Shown piece after piece: positions 52,021 to 53,267 of a stretch of 53,267 bases of DNA. Position numbers and translations under genes: made by a program. This DNA comes from a virus (Duplodnaviria > Caudoviricetes), in IMG/VR virus record IMGVR_UViG_3300048575_000428, positions 1 through 53,267 of that record; one strand, written 5' to 3'. The stretch's first letter is position 1; the number at the start of each line of letters is the position of its first letter. The notes below the pieces were generated by a model that did no database searches, was not told the origin of the DNA, and worked only from the letters and a program-made list of their open reading frames with translations.

Positions 52021-53267
52021 TGATCGAGCACCAGCTGCCGCGCTTCACCCGCGCCAAGCGCCTGAAATCCGGCGCGACCGCGTTCTTCTGGGAAGTACCA
52101 AGCGCCTATCGCAAGCTCGGCTGCGCCATCAAAGCCGAGCCGCTCGGCAGCATCATCGCCGTCGCCTTCGCCCGCGCCGCCGGCCTGAATGCCCAGTTCG
52201 ACGAGTGGAACATCACGCGCAAGGGCGACACCCTGCCGGAAAAACGCACGCCCGTCGGCACGGTCGCGTGGCTGTTCCGCACCTATCGCACCTCGCTCGG
52301 CTTCCTCAACAAGGTCTCGCCGCGTTCGCGACCGGACTATGAGCGGGTGATGCAGGAGGTCGAGGACTGCCGGACGAACGACGGCCGCACCGTCGGCCAG
52401 CTGCGCATCGACTCGATCTCGCCCGCCGCCGTCGACAAGATCTATCGCCGCATCATCGAGCAGCCGCGGCAGCGTGGCCGCGCCGGCGCCGGCCGTCGCA
52501 CGGCCGACGAGAAGGCCTCCGGCGGGTCGGGTGAACGCCTGCGCCAGGCGGAGAAGGCGGTCACCATCGCCGCCCGCGCGTGGAAGGTGGTGCAGCGGCT
52601 GCATCCCGAGTTCTTCGCCGAAGCCGTGCCGAACCCGTGGGCCGGCGTGGAGAAGCGCAAGCGGACGATCCGCGTCAAGCCGGCGGTCACACGGGCGGAG
52701 GTCTACGCCTTCGCGCGCGGCGCCATCGCGCTCGGCAAACCCGAGGCCGGCGCGGCCGCCGTGATCTGTTTCGAGTGGCTGCAGCGGCCGGAGAACGTGC
52801 TGGCGGGCTACGTCCAATGGAGCAACTACCGGTCATCAGCGCACCCGGCCGAGGTGAAGATCGAGCACCACAAGACCGGCGCCGTCGTCTGGCACTGGCT
52901 CGAGGATCCCGAGACCGGCGAGCGCTACTACGACGAGGCCGAGGCGATCCTGGCGGCGACGCCCAGGCGCGGCATCGCCATGGTCCTGAAGCCGAAGCCG
53001 GACGGCACGGCCGAGCCCTACACGCCGAACCTGATGGGCAATCTGGTGCGCACCCTGCGCGGCCAGATCGAGGGCGTGCCGCCATATTTCTCGCTCGACG
53101 CCTGTCGCCACGGTGGCATGACCGAGCTGGAGGAAGCCGGCCTCACCGATGGCCAGGGCCGCGCCCTCTCCGGCCACCGCTCGCGCCGCGCCTATGAGGG
53201 CTATGCCAAGGACACCGCCAAGCGCGCCCTGACGGCGACGCGGAAGCGGTTCGGAGCGGGAGACTGA
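52020..53267 (+). CDS. int: Tyrosine recombinase (integrase)
   Basis: Catalytic R (QRP), K (HHKT), DACRH, SGH, Y. Confidence 0.93.
   Translation: MIEHQLPRFTRAKRLKSGATAFFWEVPSAYRKLGCAIKAEPLGSIIAVAFARAAGLNAQFDEWNITRKGDTLPEKRTPVGTVAWLFRTYRTSLGFLNKVSPRSRPDYERVMQEVEDCRTNDGRTVGQLRIDSISPAAVDKIYRRIIEQPRQRGRAGAGRRTADEKASGGSGERLRQAEKAVTIAARAWKVVQRLHPEFFAEAVPNPWAGVEKRKRTIRVKPAVTRAEVYAFARGAIALGKPEAGAAAVICFEWLQRPENVLAGYVQWSNYRSSAHPAEVKIEHHKTGAVVWHWLEDPETGERYYDEAEAILAATPRRGIAMVLKPKPDGTAEPYTPNLMGNLVRTLRGQIEGVPPYFSLDACRHGGMTELEEAGLTDGQGRALSGHRSRRAYEGYAKDTAKRALTATRKRFGAGD

Larger units (their letters stand above)
1..53267. mobile_element. Temperate prophage: lambda-like head, P2-like contractile tail, alphaproteobacterial host
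   Basis: Full set of lysis, tail, head, packaging, replication, immunity and integration modules in canonical order; no frameshifts noticed in core genes; att sites not visible. Confidence 0.96.

Noticed and set aside
1-53267. attL/attR and apparent scarcity of GANTC sites
   Set aside because: The window ends at gene boundaries so att cannot be seen; GANTC scarcity was an impression, not a count, and is expected for alphaproteobacterial DNA

Overview
An apparently intact temperate prophage, very GC-rich (about 70% by eye, not computed). The window runs from the spanin genes (left) to the integrase stop codon (right); att sites are not visible. GcrA-like, GapR-like and CtrA-like genes point to an alphaproteobacterial, probably Hyphomicrobiales, host. 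The minus strand carries, right to left: cro, cII, a CtrA-like wHTH, a GcrA-like gene, primase, a helicase-methylase fusion, a C5 methylase, a P4/D5 helicase, a putative ori, a Q-position gene and a pR'/tR'-like late control region. These are followed by a lambda-type cos, terminase, portal, S49 protease and capsid module, a P2-type contractile tail and a lysis cassette. The plus strand carries cI, a YebY-like moron and an early operon with a GapR-Rmf fusion, AAA ATPase, SSB, ASCH-like gene, secreted nuclease, xis and int. The most unusual element lies between terL and the portal: an atypical initiator-like tRNA(CAT) followed by about 600 nt of densely structured non-coding sequence. This is divided into units by a repeated GCCC-N-CGGGCAC hairpin that follows CCA-like ends, and may be a processed phage ncRNA array. 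All family assignments come from motif recognition and synteny, not database searches.
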